A stretch of DNA of 64,000 nt from Podarcis tiliguerta (lineage: Eukaryota): assembly GCA_965153285.1 (NCBI GenBank), contig OZ229110.1. One strand, 5' to 3'. Below are positions 1 to 11,920 of the stretch, in pieces (position 1 is the first letter of the stretch; each line of letters opens with the position of its first letter). The notes under the pieces are model-generated. The model worked only from the letters and a program-made list of their open reading frames with translations, searched no databases and was not told the DNA's origin. The position numbers were made by a program, and so were the translations under genes.

Positions 1-30
1 TTTTCGCATGGTCTGGTCCTCATCGGAAGA
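1..30 (-). CDS. TTC7B: Candidate additional/alternative TTC7B exon (5' part only, truncated by window edge)
   Basis: Strong acceptor ttgttttttgcag ending at 31. Open in the phase left by exon 5: (G)LPMRTRPCE.. It does not match the NLTRGVGRF that I recall following exon 5 in the canonical protein. Confidence 0.5.
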
Positions 31-74
31 CTGCAAAAAACAATGCCATGTTTCCCCTGCCTGCCCCACTAATA

Positions 75-316
75 CAGTGGTACCTCGGGTTAAGTACTTA
101 ATTCATTCCGGAGGTCCGTCCTTAACCTGAAACTGTTCTTAACCTGAAGCACCACTTTAGCTAATGGGGCCTCCTGCTGCTGCCGCGCTGCCGGAGCATG
201 ATTTCTGTTCTCATCCTGAAGCAAAGTTCTTAACCCAAGGTACTATTTCTGGGTTAGCAGTGTCTGTAACCTGAAGCGTCTGTAACCTGAAGCGTATGTA
301 ACCCGAGGTACCACTG
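75..316 (+). mobile_element. Tc1/mariner (Tigger-like) MITE, family A copy 1
   Basis: TIR CAGTGGTACCTCGGGTT...AACCCGAGGTACCACTG, flanking TA duplication, internal TAACCTGAAG repeats. Confidence 0.9.
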
Positions 317-1642
317 TATTCTTAATAGGGTCTCTTCTCCAGGAGAAAAAGAAAATGCTATTGACACAAATAGAAGATCTGAGAGAAAAAATTGTACTTC
401 CTGGAGTTATCAAGAAACAAACTAATTATGCAAATTCCCTATGCTAATTCTAATGTTTGTGCAAAACATGAAAATTCAGACACTCTCGCATTATAAAGAT
501 GGCTATCTTGATTACGCAAACCAGGCAGATATCAAAATGGTGCAGTTTCGTAATTCAGGGGAGGAAATGCAGACTTTTGCATCAGTTAATGGTCCAGCAC
601 ACCGACTCCATTTGGCTGAGACAATTACACTCCAGCATAATAAATACTGATTTACATTGTGCCAGGGCACCTGTGACCCAGGCAGTGCACTGATGCAAGA
701 TTAAAATGCATCACAAGTTAGTTAATCAGCACTTTTGCCAGGATAAAAACAATAATTTTGCAGTGCAGTGCACTTTGGCGTGGCGTCAGGGCTTACGATA
801 TTTTCTTCTGCAGTGTCTCTGAATTGCTTCATTAAACTTCCTAGTGCAGAGTAGCATAATATCTGCAGATCATCAGACCAAAATACTTCTACACTTAACA
901 AAAGAAATAAAGCAGTGAAATTAACCTGCTAAGCATCTTCTCACCTACACTGTCTCTTGCTGTCTGTTCTAACTTCCTGTCTGAGCTTTTGGGCACTGTT
1001 TATGGAAAGGGAACAGAAAACCAAGGGGTTCAACCGAAAACCGAAGCAGAAGTACGGAGATAGTAGTCGCCAAATCCAGTTTTACAAAACATTAGTCATT
1101 TCAGCCCAGGCAATAGCTAAACTAGCAGTGTATGAGCAATATGGAAAATTCAAAACTGCCATCTAAACAAAAGTGGTCTCTAATGTAAGCTGTCCCCTAT
1201 TCTGAAGGTTAGTTTCTTATCTTAGGTCCCAACTAATAATAATAATAGATGGCTCTGTGTGTGTGTGTGTGTGCCCGCGCACGCGCGCAATAGTTGCAAA
1301 ATACGGGCTTATATATCTTCTTGAATGTTAAACAAAATAAAAAATAAAAAGCACCCAAACCAAAAGTGCAGCTTCTAGTTTCCCACTGTTCTTATAAAGG
1401 ATCGATCCTAGCTCAGTAGCAGAGCTGCGCATGTCTCAGATTCAATCCCAGGTATCTCCAGGTAAAAAGGATAACGTATTAGGTAGGTGAGCCATGACGC
1501 TAAGGGGCTGGTCAAAGGCAGCTTTCTATGTTCCTAATGGCTTGCACAAAATCTTTCTTATTTCAACTGGGACTCCCTACACGATCCATGCAAACACATA
1601 TTGTTGTTGCTGGAATAGATCCTTGGATGAAGGGCGGTATAC

Positions 1643-1664
1643 TCATCATCATCATCATCATCAT
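1643..1664. repeat. (CAT)7 microsatellite
   Basis: Direct observation. Confidence 0.95.
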
Positions 1665-1857
1665 CGCTGGTTCCAATATTACCTCAGTGAGATGGGACTC
1701 AATATCACCTTCCTCTGCTACTCTGCTACGTCACAGGTTCCTGGTCATGTGGAAGGTATAGCTTCTTTCAAAACCATAACTGCAGTGGAGGAGCAACATT
1801 GGCAAAGACCTGGGGTTTCTGATATTGCCAGAGTGGTACGGGAAGGAGACACCTTGT

Positions 1858-2106
1858 AGAGCCAGTGTGGTGTAGTGGTTAAGAGCAGCAGTCTCGTAAT
1901 CCGGGGAACCGGGTTCGTGTCCCCGCTCCTCCACATGCAGCTGCTGGGTGACCTTGGGCTAGTCACACTTCTCTGAAGTCTCTCAGCCCCACTCACCTCA
2001 CAGAGTGTTTGTTGTGGGGGAGGAAGGGAAAGGAGATTGTTAGCCGCTTTGAGACTCCTTAAAGGGAGTGAAAGGTGGGATATCAAATCCAAACTCTTCT
2101 TCTTCT
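1858..2106 (+). mobile_element. tRNA-derived squamate SINE (Squam3-like) with (CTT)n tail
   Basis: A box TGGTGTAGTGG, B box GGTTCGTGTCC, CORE-like gggtgaccttgggctagtcac; further copies at 31649 and 50312. Confidence 0.85.
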
Positions 2107-2739
2107 ACTATCCATGCTGCTGAGATAAAAGGCCCTACTTGGAAAGGGGCGCCATGGTAGCAACTCTGCAGCTGCTTCTACCCTGACAACGAACAACTCC
2201 TGGCCACTCTCTCCCAAGCTGCTTTGGGATTAGACGGAGGGTTATATGCCAGTTTGGGGCGCATCTAGGCTCCATATCACTATGGGAGCATAGAGGGAAC
2301 AAAAGGGTTTTTAGTGATGAAGAACTAATGCAACTACTTTACTATGTAAGATGTACTATCAATTTTTGAAAAGGTTTAAATATGAATCAGCATGCCACAA
2401 AAGGGATTGTTCTGTGAGAGTACTTTATTCAAATGGACAGCCATAGTGGCTATTGAAATAGAGCTTATTGTTAAAAAATAATAATTCTGAAAACTAGTAT
2501 ACAGGAACAAACATTCTCTAATTTAGAAGGGACTTCTGGAATCAAACATTTGGCTTCAGGACATCAATGTACTCTAAACTGCATCTCTATCCTGCGCTAT
2601 CATCCCACACAGCCGGTATTTTTAGATATTTTGGATTTGAGGATTTTAGGAAGAGTAGACTTCATTTTAAACGTACCCTGGCAACGGAAATGGAGGGGAG
2701 CTATAATTGTATTCTAAAGAGTCACATCACACTGCCCTG

Positions 2740-3392
2740 GTTCACCTGTCACATTAAACCACTGTTCGAAACAATGTTTTAATGTGAATAAGAAATATGC
2801 ACTCTGCTCAAAGGTTCCTGTGACACTCGTTCCCGATTCCTGTTGCTGCCATGCCATGAGTGAAGCAAGCCAGAGTCTGCTTTGTTGTGCTGTCCAAACC
2901 TAGGTTCACAATTTGTTTCTCCTAAACAACACACAAGCAGTTAGCAAAGAACAAACCTGGTTGCGACTCTTGTTTATTTGGGAAAACAAACCACAAGCCC
3001 GTTTGGATGGCATGACATGCCAGTACAGTGGTACCTCAGGTTAAGTACTTAATTCGTTCTGGAGGTCCGTACTTAACCTGAAATTGTTCTTAACCTGAAG
3101 CACCACTTTAGCTAATGGGGGCCTCCTGCTGCCACCGCGCCACCAGAGCACAATTTCTGTTCTCATACTGAAGCAAAGTTCTTAACCTGAATCACTATTC
3201 CTGGGTTAGGAGAGTCTGTAACCTGAAGCGTATGTAACCCGAGGTACCCCTGTATCTGGCTTGCTTCATTTGTAGCAAAGCAGGAACAGCAGAATAAGGG
3301 AGGAACACCATGGGAACTTTTGAGTAGTTTGCACCAGCGCATTGTTCATTCAAATTAAAACATAGGCTGTTTTAAACCATGGTTTAACATGG
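2740..3392. repeat. Old fold-back (palindromic) element interrupted by MITE A copy 2
   Basis: Arm pairs gaagcaagccaga/tctggcttgcttc, ctgctcaaaggttcc/ggaactttttgagtag and atgttttaatgtgaat/attcaaattaaaacat. Confidence 0.7.
3026..3252 (+). mobile_element. Tc1/mariner MITE, family A copy 2
   Basis: Same TIRs and body as 75-316; TA flanks. Confidence 0.9.
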
Positions 3393-4557
3393 GCTGCCGT
3401 CGCATGGTTCTTCTCGTGATAATACAATTTCTGTTCCTTACACAAAGCTTGCAAAAAGCACAGTCACAAATGTAACTACTGTAACAACTGGGACAAAGGT
3501 CATTTTAAGAGGTTTTTAGTACAGGAATTTTCAGGAAATCTGGTTCACCAGATAAACTCCCTGCTAATAGATTTTCCATTTAAAAGGAAGCTGTGAATCA
3601 GTTTGCATGTTTTCATGCTCACTTACTGCCAGGCTCCACAACTTCTAATGAAAAGTGGCCCACTCTGCTTACGTAGGACCCTAGAAACAAGAATGCGAAA
3701 GTGGGAGTTTAAACTTTAAAGAAAGGATTTATAACCCCATGAGTTTAGAAGTTCAGAAATGCCTTCAAGGTTACCATCTATACAAATGTACATCCTTCGC
3801 GATGAAGCAAAATTCAATATTGCACAGGGCTTCCTCTAAAGGGACCTATTAGCTGAATCCCACCCAAAGCCATCTAACAGTTTCACAAATATACAAATAT
3901 GCTGCTTTTATTTTCAAAATCACCAAAGGGTCCGAATATGCTCACCTTCTTAGCACAACAAGCTCCTCAACAAGGTGAGTGTCTATACTTTCTCCTGTAT
4001 ATGAAGAGCCTCCACCCTCTCATGAGCTTGGACCTGGTGAGGCAGGCAGAGATCACCAGGACGTCATTCTGACTCTGAACGAACACCCAGGACGTCCAAA
4101 GCTCTGCTCTGAGCCTCCACTATTCCTCCAGGCTTGGAATCAGGAGCAGGCCAGGGGATTATCCCTGCCTCCAAAGCAGGGAAAGGGATCGTGACAACCA
4201 ACGACAATCTAAATCTGGGGAAGTCCTGACCAGAGGGCATTTTTATACACCATTGAGATGGACTTGTAATCTGCCAATGGCTCAGTGGACACTGGAAAAG
4301 GAGCAGCTGTTCTTCGCAGCTAAATTGGGTGAATCTGGATATGCAGCACAGCATTATGTGGACTGCTCATGAGCAGTCTCTGTCTTTTTGTTTTAAAAGG
4401 AAAGAAAAGGGGGATGAAAAAGTCACAGTGCAACGCATACAGCATGCAAGGAATTATGGATTCCTGCAACATGCCTCTAATCCAGGAGGCTCCTTGACCT
4501 GAGAAAGTAGCAACTGATCAACCTCTGTGCTGGACTGATATGGCAAAAAGTAGTATA

Positions 4558-4783
4558 CAGTGGTATCTTGGGTTGCAGGCGCTTCAGGTTACAGACTCCG
4601 CTAACCCAGAAATAGTACTTCGGGTTAAGAATTTTGCTTCAGGATGAGAACAGAAATTGTGTTCCGGTGGCGCGGCGGCAGCGGGAGGCCCCATTAGCTA
4701 AAGTGGTGCTTCAGGTTAAGAACAGTTTCAGGTTAAGAACAGACCTCTGGAACAAATTAAGTTCTTAACCCGAGGTACCACTG
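4558..4783 (-). mobile_element. Tc1/mariner MITE, family A copy 3 (inverted)
   Basis: Reverse complement of the copies at 75-316 and 3026-3252; TA flanks. Confidence 0.9.
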
Positions 4784-7700
4784 TACTCAGCAAAACATTA
4801 CAGTGCGTGTTTGTGTTGGGTGCAGTGGTGGAACCTAAACCTTAGATTTGGTCAACGACTTCATTTTAAAGAACAACCAGCACCTGCTTGTCCAGATGTC
4901 TGATTGTTCCACATACTTCACCTCACATAAAGATATCTACAAATGCTTCCCCGTTTTTCCATCCTACAAACTTCCTGAAAATTGTCTACAGTCACGTATA
5001 CAAAAGGAACTGGCGTAGCAGAGTAATTCTCCCCTTGGATTGGACATTTAACCTTGAAACTCATTAGTCCAGTTTGCCAATTCTGCCCTCGATTGGGTGA
5101 AACGCCCTTTCCATCCAGTCAATGGAAACATGCATTTGCCATCCATTTTACGTGTTTTTGTTTTAAAGAGAGGGAAATCGTGTGAACTAGCTAGATCTCC
5201 TCTTGAAAGGAAAACAAACTGTTGCGTTTCCTTTCTAGGGCTGGTTTAGGATTTCTCAGCAATGGGGGCACATAACTGACAGAGAAGGGGCAGGGAACCT
5301 TCTTTTTCAGCCAAGGGCCACGTTTCCTTGTGAGCAACCTTCGGGGGTGGGTACACGTTTCAGCAGTGCGCAAGACCACAGGTAAAAATGGGCAGAGTAT
5401 GGATGCCACTGTTCCCCTTCTAGAGCAGGCTACAGTCGAGACTCACAAAAGTCCGAGCTTTCTACACATAAACCATTTCTCCATCCTCCACCAGGCAAGC
5501 AAGAGGCATTATTCAAGGACACATTCAATCCCGTTAAAAGCAGTGTCTCCTTTTCCACCTTTCAAATGCCTGTAAACTCTTTCTCTCTTCATAAATTTAC
5601 CCTTGTCTAAAATAGTTTAATTCTACAGCCTAGCCCTATGCACCAACCACATTGTCTCATATCACAGAGATTGAGTTCCTTGAGAAGTAATTTTGTCCCC
5701 CCAGAATCACTTAAGCCTAAGTGCTTTTGGAGAGCCTCTTTGAAAAGTAGGGTGATGGCAGCTCTGATGCCTTTGTAAGCTAAAGTGAGACCCTGAGAAG
5801 ACTTCGGCACCTCAGACAAAGCAGTGCCTTTCAAACTTGGAAGCTTCTAAGTTGGAAAAGCAGCAGCAATGGCACACAGGGGAGATGCAAGTAGGCAATC
5901 AGAGCAATGGGCTGAGAGCCACTTCAAACCTTAATCTGTATTAATTACAGAAGAGTCAGAAAGCTTTCACCAAAATTGCAAAGATTTACTACCTTGCCAT
6001 TTACAAACAAACAAACAAAAAAACAACCAGCCTGCAACCTCTTATTGGCAGCTGATTAGCTGGAAAAAGGAAACAAGATTGCTCTATGTAGTACTGTCGT
6101 GGACTTGCCACTCTATTACAGGCTATATGGTGGGGCATTAACATTTAAATTAAAAATACTTAAACTGGTGTTTAGGGCATTTTACAAACTTCAATAAAAA
6201 TATATAAGCACTCAAAATGCAATTCCAATGAAAACCACAGTGAATACAGAACAGAGAAAAGTGAGTGTAGGAAGAAATGGTGTGCTGAACTGGAATTAAC
6301 CAGTTCCCACTAGGAAAACAGAAGTGCCTTCGGACATTTTTCAAAAGGTTAGAATGAAGGAGCAAGTTCAAAAGGGCCAAGACAGGTCTGGTACAGGGTC
6401 CATGCCATCTGCAGCTCTAATAGCTTGCAAACTGGGAACCAGCCATAGTGCACTTGCTCCTTTTCCTTTCCTCCTCCCTTCTCTAGAGTAATATCCTCCC
6501 TCCCTCTCTGGCATTAAACATTGCTTCACATGGCTCAGTTCATGCTTAGCCAAACCATGGCTTAACATGGACATGTAAGTGTGTGGGTTCCTGAAGAAGT
6601 GATAGTGATTGCTACACTCATCCCCTGGTGCTGGTGCTGATGTACTGCCAGGGGCTAAGCCAAGGTTTCATTAGCAGGCCATCCAAACCGAGCTCATGGT
6701 TTGAGTCCTCCTGGCAACCATGGCTGTCACATGCAAACCAGGTCACTGCATGTGTACCAACATAAATTCTGGTTAACGCAAACCAGGATTCCCCATAAAT
6801 CATGGACTGAAACAAGTTCAAAATAAGTTTGCAAACCATGGTTCTAAAGGATCACAGTTTGAGATAACCATAATTTTCAACAGTAAAATGGCAGGGAATG
6901 TTGGGAAACAAAGAGAGAGACAGATGTCACTCGTGATGATAGAAGTGCAAATCACCCTGTGAAATCTTTAGAGGGAGGAACAGCAATCTGTTCACCATGT
7001 AACTAGAGCTATAGTCTACCATCTACCCTTACTGTAGGAGCTGCCACATAGCTAGCAGTCTCAAGACGAAGGCTACTGGTTTGCAACCATTCTACTTGAA
7101 ATAAAACAGAAGATCTTGCTTTTTAAATAACACCATTGCTATTGCTTAAAGCATATCTTGTTTCTTCACAACCTTTAGAGAGAACCCCAAATTAAGTCCA
7201 TAGTGTCAGCCAATAAAAGACTTTTGCAATCCTACTGACCCTGCACAACAGCAATTTAACAAACTTGCAGGTTCAAACTATTAGCCACACAAAAATGTGG
7301 AAGTCATTCAAACACTGAGCATAAACTTGGTTTTAAAAGTTAGAAATTAATGAAAGGCAATTCTGTTGTTGTTCACTCGACTTTATAGCACAAATGTTTC
7401 ATTCTGCATTTAAAAAATACAGTGTGGAATTTCATTGTGAAACGTCTAGGCATTATGGTACAGAAATTTCTCATTGGTATTCCATTCCAAAATCAGCTTC
7501 AGACAACACTGAGAATGCATGACATGGTACAAGCAGCTTTAGGAGATGCAAAACAATATCCCTAACAGGTTATCTTCCCTGAATGTCTAAGGAGATGTTC
7601 TATTCCCTTTGATCCAGACGTATTTTTCTGTTCACTGCAGTTCTAATGAAAGCGTTATCCATAAAGGCAAGGGAAAACAACTGATTTACTACCCCTGTTA

Positions 7701-8395
7701 ATAAACCAGCCTAAAAGTTGCAGGGAGTCAGTCCAGGTATATAAAGTCATACCCAAGGATATAAAGCAAAGGGTGATGCGATCAGAGCAATGAGAAAGAA
7801 TGATGATCATCATTGCAGAAAGAGATTCCAAGTTAATTAAAAGAGAAAGGCAAGGAAGGGGGTAAACACCAGTGAAGAGTAGTTTGCAAAAGATAAAACA
7901 ATATGGCTCTCATTCTCCCCTTGAGCCAATTAATACAAGCTGGGCTATGCCTGAATGCTGAAGTTGTTGATAAATTGTCACTCATGTGAATGTGACTGCA
8001 AAGAGTAGATTTGCACACTTGGTTATCAGCATGGTGATAAATGAGTCTGAATTCAGTATAGAGAGATAGACATGATATTCTTCTGGCCTCACGTACATTA
8101 CCTCTACATGGAAGGATCCCTGTAGGGCTCAACAGAGCTCCCATTTCCTCTCTCACCGGTAAATGAACAAGAAGCAAACTAGGAAATGGAAGGTTGTGGG
8201 TGACTCTCATTTGCCCAATCCAGGCTTCCCTTTCTAGGGGGTGGATATTATGATGAGCAGAGTTGCAAGGCGCATATAGATTTCTCATTTTCTGGATTGG
8301 TGCATTACTCCCATGTGTATCCGGCAGGAAGGAGACAAACAGGGTTCTACTGAGTCCCGCGGAAATCCAGAACTATGACATCCCTTCTTTTAAAC

Positions 8396-9030
8396 TGTAA
8401 AACAGACCTAGCTCTGACTTGGTGCCAGGCACTGGGTCTTCAGATGACTAACTAGATATTCCATTTGAGGAGCAGGTGGGGTATTCAAGAACCAGTGCTG
8501 AGGATCACCTTGATAGGTCTTCTTCTGGAAGACCAGCTGAAGACCCCTTGGAACTGTCAGAGGGAGACGTTGGGCCACCCAGTTGTCCTCAAGAATGCCG
8601 AAAGGCCAGGGCTAGGCCCAAGAACAACAACATAGCATAAACATATGGACCAAGATTTGCCACTCCACTTGTGAGGAGTCTACTCTTGAGTAAACAATCC
8701 CTGGGTCGGTATGGGTATGGTCTAGGAGGCCACAGTATATAAGGTCTCGCTCTTGAGTTTGCCAATTGCTGGAAACAACATAGGCCTCTAGTTCCTTTTT
8801 CTCCATTCTAGCCTTACTGGGATATTCAACCTGTGATATATCAATGTGACACTGACCTCTTGACTGTTTCCTGATCTTGCTGCTGGATCACATTGTGGAC
8901 TTACAACTGATTCTCCGTACCAGACCTTGAACTCTGCTCTCTTGGGAAAGTGCTTTGATAAAAGGCTTTTACCACTTGGGACTGAGGGTCGGAGCAAGAC
9001 CCCCTGGGCAAAGTGCCAACTGGATAAGCA
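8396..9030 (+). mobile_element. Possible solo LTR (Gypsy-like), degraded
   Basis: GC-richer block starting TGTAA, with TATATAAG at ~8737 followed by a pyrimidine-rich R/U5-like segment; no TSD identified. Confidence 0.35.
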
Positions 9031-9067
9031 ACCAGGAAAAAAGTTGCTTATTATTAATAACTCTGTT

Positions 9068-9188
9068 CATAGTCAAAACAAAATATAAATAAATAAAAAT
9101 AAAAATTCCTTCCAGTAGCACCTTAGAGACCAACTAAGTTAGTTATTGGTATGAGCTTTTGTGTGCATGCACACTTCTTCAGATACCA
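9068..9188 (-). mobile_element. Penelope-like element terminal (pLTR) fragment with minimal hammerhead ribozyme motif
   Basis: Minus strand: TGGTAT-CTGAAGA-A-GTGTGCATGCACAC-AAAA-GC-TC-ATACCA...GGTCTCTAAGGTGCTAC; 7-bp repeat CATAGTC at both ends. Confidence 0.8.
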
Positions 9189-9235
9189 TAGTCTTTAATG
9201 TAATTCTAATATTCAGAATACTGTTATGAAAGAGA

Positions 9236-9545
9236 GACTGCATTTGCATGTTGGCACCAACCCATAGTTTCATATGATGTGCATGAGCAGGAATGAGTCA
9301 CCACAATCCTTGAACTCACATGATCCCCTCTTCCCATGCAGTCAGGAGAGGGAGTCTGGAGCTTTCCCTTCTGCTGTGATTAATCCTAACTATGTTTAGT
9401 TTAAGCAAGCCAGCTTCAGTAACTATAGTATGACAATGACAGGATGAGAGGGACAAAGCACACAAGCCTGAGGCTCACTATGGCTCATTCCCGCTTGAGC
9501 ATGTCATACTAAACTATGGTATAGCATGACATGCGACCGCAGCCA
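9236..9545. repeat. Old fold-back MITE
   Basis: ccatagtttcatatgatgtgcatgagcaggaatgag is the imperfect reverse complement of ctcattcccgcttgagcatgtcatactaaactatgg. Confidence 0.7.
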
Positions 9546-10924
9546 GTGAATACAATACCGTTATTTTTTTTCATTTTTCTCTTCTTTTGGGAAGAAGAAA
9601 TTAATGACAACTTGAAGTGTACAAATTATATATAGTTACAAAACGGGGTCAGACTTCGAGAAGATAATTGATTTTCCATGTCTCTTCTAAATGCTCCTAC
9701 TTGCTGTTTCAGTTTACCTAAAAGGTAATGGATCTTCAAAGTTTCATTAGTGTCTCTAACAGCAGGTTAACATTTCTGTTTAAAAGAAAACCTTCACAGA
9801 AACAGCTAATAATGGAACCAATTAAATGGATCACTTGGTCCACCTTAAGATAAATTATTCTGCTTCAATAAGCAACAATATACAACACCCACCAGTGCGA
9901 TGCATCTAACCTTTTTACAGATGCTAGTATCTTTGCATATTTTCCAAGTAGTGTTTTTCTCCCTCTCATATACATTCCCATAAACAGCAATAGTGATCAA
10001 CATGGTGAGAGTGCAATCGTTCACATTGTTCAACAAAGTTCAAATGCATTCAGACAGACTCAACTGCAGGGCCTTTGCCCAAAGAACTCTGGAAGCCAAA
10101 TCTGTGAGAAATGACAGAGTTTTTACTGCTAACTCAACCCTCCATTTAATGCTTTTAAAAGTATCTCTTTACATACAATCAAATTTTCAATGGTTTATCA
10201 TGTATGAAAATGCTAGTGCTGTGTCAAACTCCTACTTCCATTGCAACCCTTTCCTACAGACAGCTGGAAAACACACATATTAAAAAATCTAACATGTGTC
10301 ACAACTGTGAATATAAAGAAGCACCAGCAGAAAGTGTATGAAAACATCCTAGGATTTTCTGTGTTTCGGCCCATTTCATGTTGCACACAGGTAGACAAGT
10401 TTGCCACCAAGGGCACACTCAACAGGGAACCACAGTCAATAACTGCTCTGTGACACATTTTACTGCATTCACATAAACCATTTTAAGTGTACACTTATAA
10501 CAGATGAGTTGTGCAGCTAAAAAAAACAGAAATGTGTGAAATGGCCCAAAATATAATATGTGGTTTTTTTCATTAGACTGGCCATGTATGAAAAAAGAAA
10601 TCAATGACCATCTTTATAAGGGAAGACAATGAATGAGGTATTTAGGAGAAAATAAAGATTTCTGCACAAAGGGATATAAAAACAATGGGGCCTAAATTGG
10701 AATAGCCAAACCAAGTGTCATGTTTCAAGACTTTTCAATATTATCGCTGAGAGTAAGGATTGATGTGAAGACCTTCTTCAAAAAATTTCTTTGTGTTCGC
10801 ACTATGGCGATGAAAATGGTAAGTTACAAAACAGATATACCTAGAAAGACCCACTACAATGAGACATAACTGCAATGCATAACCTCAATTCCTGGAATGG
10901 TGTACAATCCTGAATGATTGACAT

Positions 10925-11493
10925 GCTGGCTAGACCAGGTGACGAAAGCCAATGGGTCTCAAACCCTCGGTGAGTTAGGGATTTTCCTTGCATGCAAAGA
11001 CGGGTTCAAGCAGAATGAGTGGATTGAGACCAAGAGAGGGTCCAACAGTCAAGAAGGCGGTTTCTGCATATGCTGTAGAGGGAAGTGAGGGACAGATGGA
11101 GCTCACCAACCTGGCGAAGTAGCCCATCTAGGAGAAGGAACACTCTAAAGCTGCACTGCCTTTTGAGATATCTTTGGGAGAAGAAAAGCCTAAGGAGTAA
11201 ACCCTACACAAATCCAGAGTGGAGTCCCTAAGACGGTGGGATGGCGCCTTGTATGCTTCCTTCTGGCATCTCCTGCAGCCAAGCTGGTGCCAAACAGATT
11301 ATTCTGCTTTTCTTTGGAGCACATCAGCAAGACTGGGGGGGGGGGGGAGGGAGGGCTTCTAGTCTGTGCAGCCCAGGATCTCCATGCACACTGCCCAGGC
11401 TTGCATCCCGTGGAGGTCACTTCCGTGCAGAGGTTTGATTTCACCCCCAGAGGTGCACCCCATTGTCTCTTGAGGCAGATGGATTCCAACAAC
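10925..11493 (+). mobile_element. Non-autonomous RTE-related retroelement (tentative)
   Basis: GC-richer block with RTE-5'UTR-like ccatctaggagaaggaacactct motif and (CAA)n-type tail ggattccaacaac; family assignment from memory. Confidence 0.5.
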
Positions 11494-11624
11494 ATATAAA
11501 TAGCATGTTATTTGGTTGACATGCCAGTCAATTGACTAGTCAAATATTTTCAACTGACCGCTTATTATTTGACCATGATCAAATACTGTGAAATATTCCA
11601 AAAATGGCATTGTGTAGATTGTAA

Positions 11625-11627
<3 letters not shown>

Positions 11628-11660
<33 letters not shown>

Positions 11661-11680
11661 TTCTTTCTTTCTTTCTTTCC
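11628..11680. repeat. (TC)n/(CTTT)n microsatellite
   Basis: Direct observation. Confidence 0.95.
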
Positions 11681-11885
11681 TGTAATGATGGTGTAATTTG
11701 CAGGGGCAGAAGACATGGGCAAATATAGCAGCAAAGCAAAGCTTCTCCTATAACTGCAGGTGTTTCACAAACAACCATCAATAGTAAAAGACATTGCCTA
11801 GTGAGAAGATGTCCGACTAAGATCAGGAAGAACAAGGTTCGTGCCCACTTTCCACCCTGAAGCTCGCTAAGTGGTGCTGGGCCAG

Positions 11886-11886
<1 letters not shown>

Positions 11887-11918
<32 letters not shown>
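11887..11918. repeat. (CA)n microsatellite
   Basis: Direct observation. Confidence 0.95.

Positions 11919-11920
<2 letters not shown>

Noticed and set aside
120-305. CRISPR-like spaced TAACCTGAAG repeats
   Set aside because: Internal repeats of a eukaryotic mariner MITE with TIRs and TA TSD; spacing is irregular and there are no cas genes.
1494-1859. 121-aa ORF with a poly-His run
   Set aside because: The His run is a (CAT)n microsatellite; no domain or splice support, and it is antisense within a TTC7B intron.
1858-1935. tRNA gene
   Set aside because: The A/B boxes belong to a SINE head that continues into a CORE-like body and tail; three copies occur in the window.
7833-8288. 151-aa minus-strand ORF in TTC7B intron 5
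   Set aside because: No homology or motif recognised; composition is typical of non-coding DNA.
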